Assembly: GCA_963795475.1 (NCBI GenBank)
Contig: CAWCIE010000012.1
Location: forward strand, 324,710-388,709
Source of the DNA: an uncultured Gammaproteobacteria bacterium
GTDB lineage: Bacteria > Pseudomonadota > Gammaproteobacteria > Steroidobacterales > Steroidobacteraceae
Direction: 5' to 3'
DNA length: 64,000 bases
This document shows, in pieces, positions 63,327 to 64,000 of this stretch (the first letter of the stretch is position 1; every line of letters begins with the position of its first letter). The notes beneath the pieces are model-generated. The model was given only the letters and a program-made list of their open reading frames with translations. It had not been told where the DNA came from and ran no database searches. A program made the position numbers and the translations under genes.

Positions 63327-64000
63327 ATGACACCTGATCCCGTTGCGGGGGGAACCCGGACCGAGGGAGATTCCAACGTCAGCCAGGTCTGGCTGGACGC
63401 CCTCGCGCGCGGCAGTTGCGACGAGGAAGGCTTCCTCCGTGCGATCCAGATGCTCACGCGGCGGTCGCCCGAGGCGGCGTGGGACTCGTTGGCGCTCCTC
63501 GATCAGTACTATCGCCGCGGCAAGATCCGGGCGGAGGTGTTCAAACGGGTCAAATCGCGGCTGGGAGCCCAGTTGCTCGGACCGGCCCTTGGGGAACTCA
63601 GCGTCCCCCTGAAGCGGCAGGGTAAGACGCTCCGCGGTCATGGTCCCGGTCCCACCGACCGCAACTCCACCGACCGCAACTCCACCGGCTGCGACCCACG
63701 GCTGCGACTCCATCGGCCGCGGTCCCACCGTCCGCAACTCAGCCGGCCGCAACTCAGCCGTCCGCAGCTCGACCGACCGCGGCTCGGCCGTCCGCGGTTC
63801 CGCCGGCCGCAGCTCGGCCAGCCGCAGCTCCATCGGCCGCGGCTCCCCCGACCGCGGCTCGGCCGGCCGCAGCTCCCCCGGCCGCAGCTCCCCCGGCCGC
63901 AGCTCCCCCGGCCGCAGCTCCCCCGGCCGCAGCTCCCCCGGCCGCAGCTCCCCCGGCCGCAGTGACGCCCGTGCCTGCGCCGCCATTTTCCCCGGCGACT
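63327..64000 (+). CDS. Protein with a ~95-aa ordered N-terminal domain followed by a Pro/Ala-rich pentapeptide-repeat region; frame in the repeat is ambiguous and the gene probably continues past the window
   Basis: The N-terminal domain reads ...SQVWLDALARGSCDEEGFLRAIQMLTRRSPEAAWDSLALLDQYYRRGKIRAEVFKRVKSRLGAQLLG. The track ORF reads the repeat as RPQLP and stops at 63965. The frame reading AAAPP (...AAAPPAAAPPAAVTPVPAPPFSPAT) stays open to the window end. Confidence 0.5.
63656..63962. repeat. 15-nt periodic tandem repeat, degenerate then six perfect copies (GCCGCAGCTCCCCCG at 63866-63955)
   Basis: About 20 consecutive 15-nt units are present. The last six are identical and are followed by a partial seventh unit. 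Confidence 0.9.

Noticed and set aside
63249-63986. 245-aa minus-strand ORF with GELRP repeats
   Set aside because: It is the mirror image of the 15-nt repeat. The non-repeat part is antisense to a well-behaved plus-strand N-terminal domain.

Overview
This is a GC-rich (about two-thirds G+C by eye, not computed) chromosomal segment from a Gram-negative bacterium. It is probably a proteobacterium; that guess rests only on the gene content (GstA, Ppc, HiPIP and many TonB-dependent receptors).

Gene content, left to right:
- A hipBA toxin-antitoxin pair, cut by the window edge.
- A DksA-like gene, gnd and a Tat-exported lactonase.
- A large lipoprotein, followed by an MFS-GNAT pair.
- A glycogen catabolic operon glgP-glgX-malQ, with glgX frame-disrupted.
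- NlpC/P60, GstA and an ABC exporter.
- A decaying TonB-dependent-receptor locus: one multiply frameshifted copy, a transposase scar, a 3' fragment and one intact copy.
- gabT, fdhD, small envelope proteins, sdaA and ppc.

The right half of the window holds three adjacent blocks of poorly characterised envelope genes.
- 33.4-43.9 kb: an 11-gene, translationally coupled ExbB/ExbD/ExbD/TonB-like motor cluster. It carries three TPR scaffold proteins, a thioredoxin-fold protein that has lost its CxxC, and several unassignable partners. Its parts list resembles the Agl-Glt core.
- 44.3-53.0 kb: divergent operons for secreted or lipoproteins with five CxxCH motifs. Domains include planctomycete-type PSCyt/DUF1585-like, LamG, DUF1501-like and PD40 plus a hydrazine-synthase-alpha-middle-like domain.
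- 53.0-56.4 kb: two small OM beta-barrels, TlpA, DUF4266 and DUF3570.

The window ends with HiPIP, a phosphodiesterase, a secreted protein built from eight 39-bp tandem repeats, an ECF sigma/Ser-Thr-kinase-TPR pair (both frame-disrupted), a SYLF protein and a 15-nt-periodic Pro/Ala repeat gene.

About a dozen reading-frame breaks occur, and they cluster in a few genes while many long genes stay intact. I saw no rRNA, tRNA or CRISPR. All homology statements come from my reading of the translated ORFs and memory of family signatures. No searches were run.
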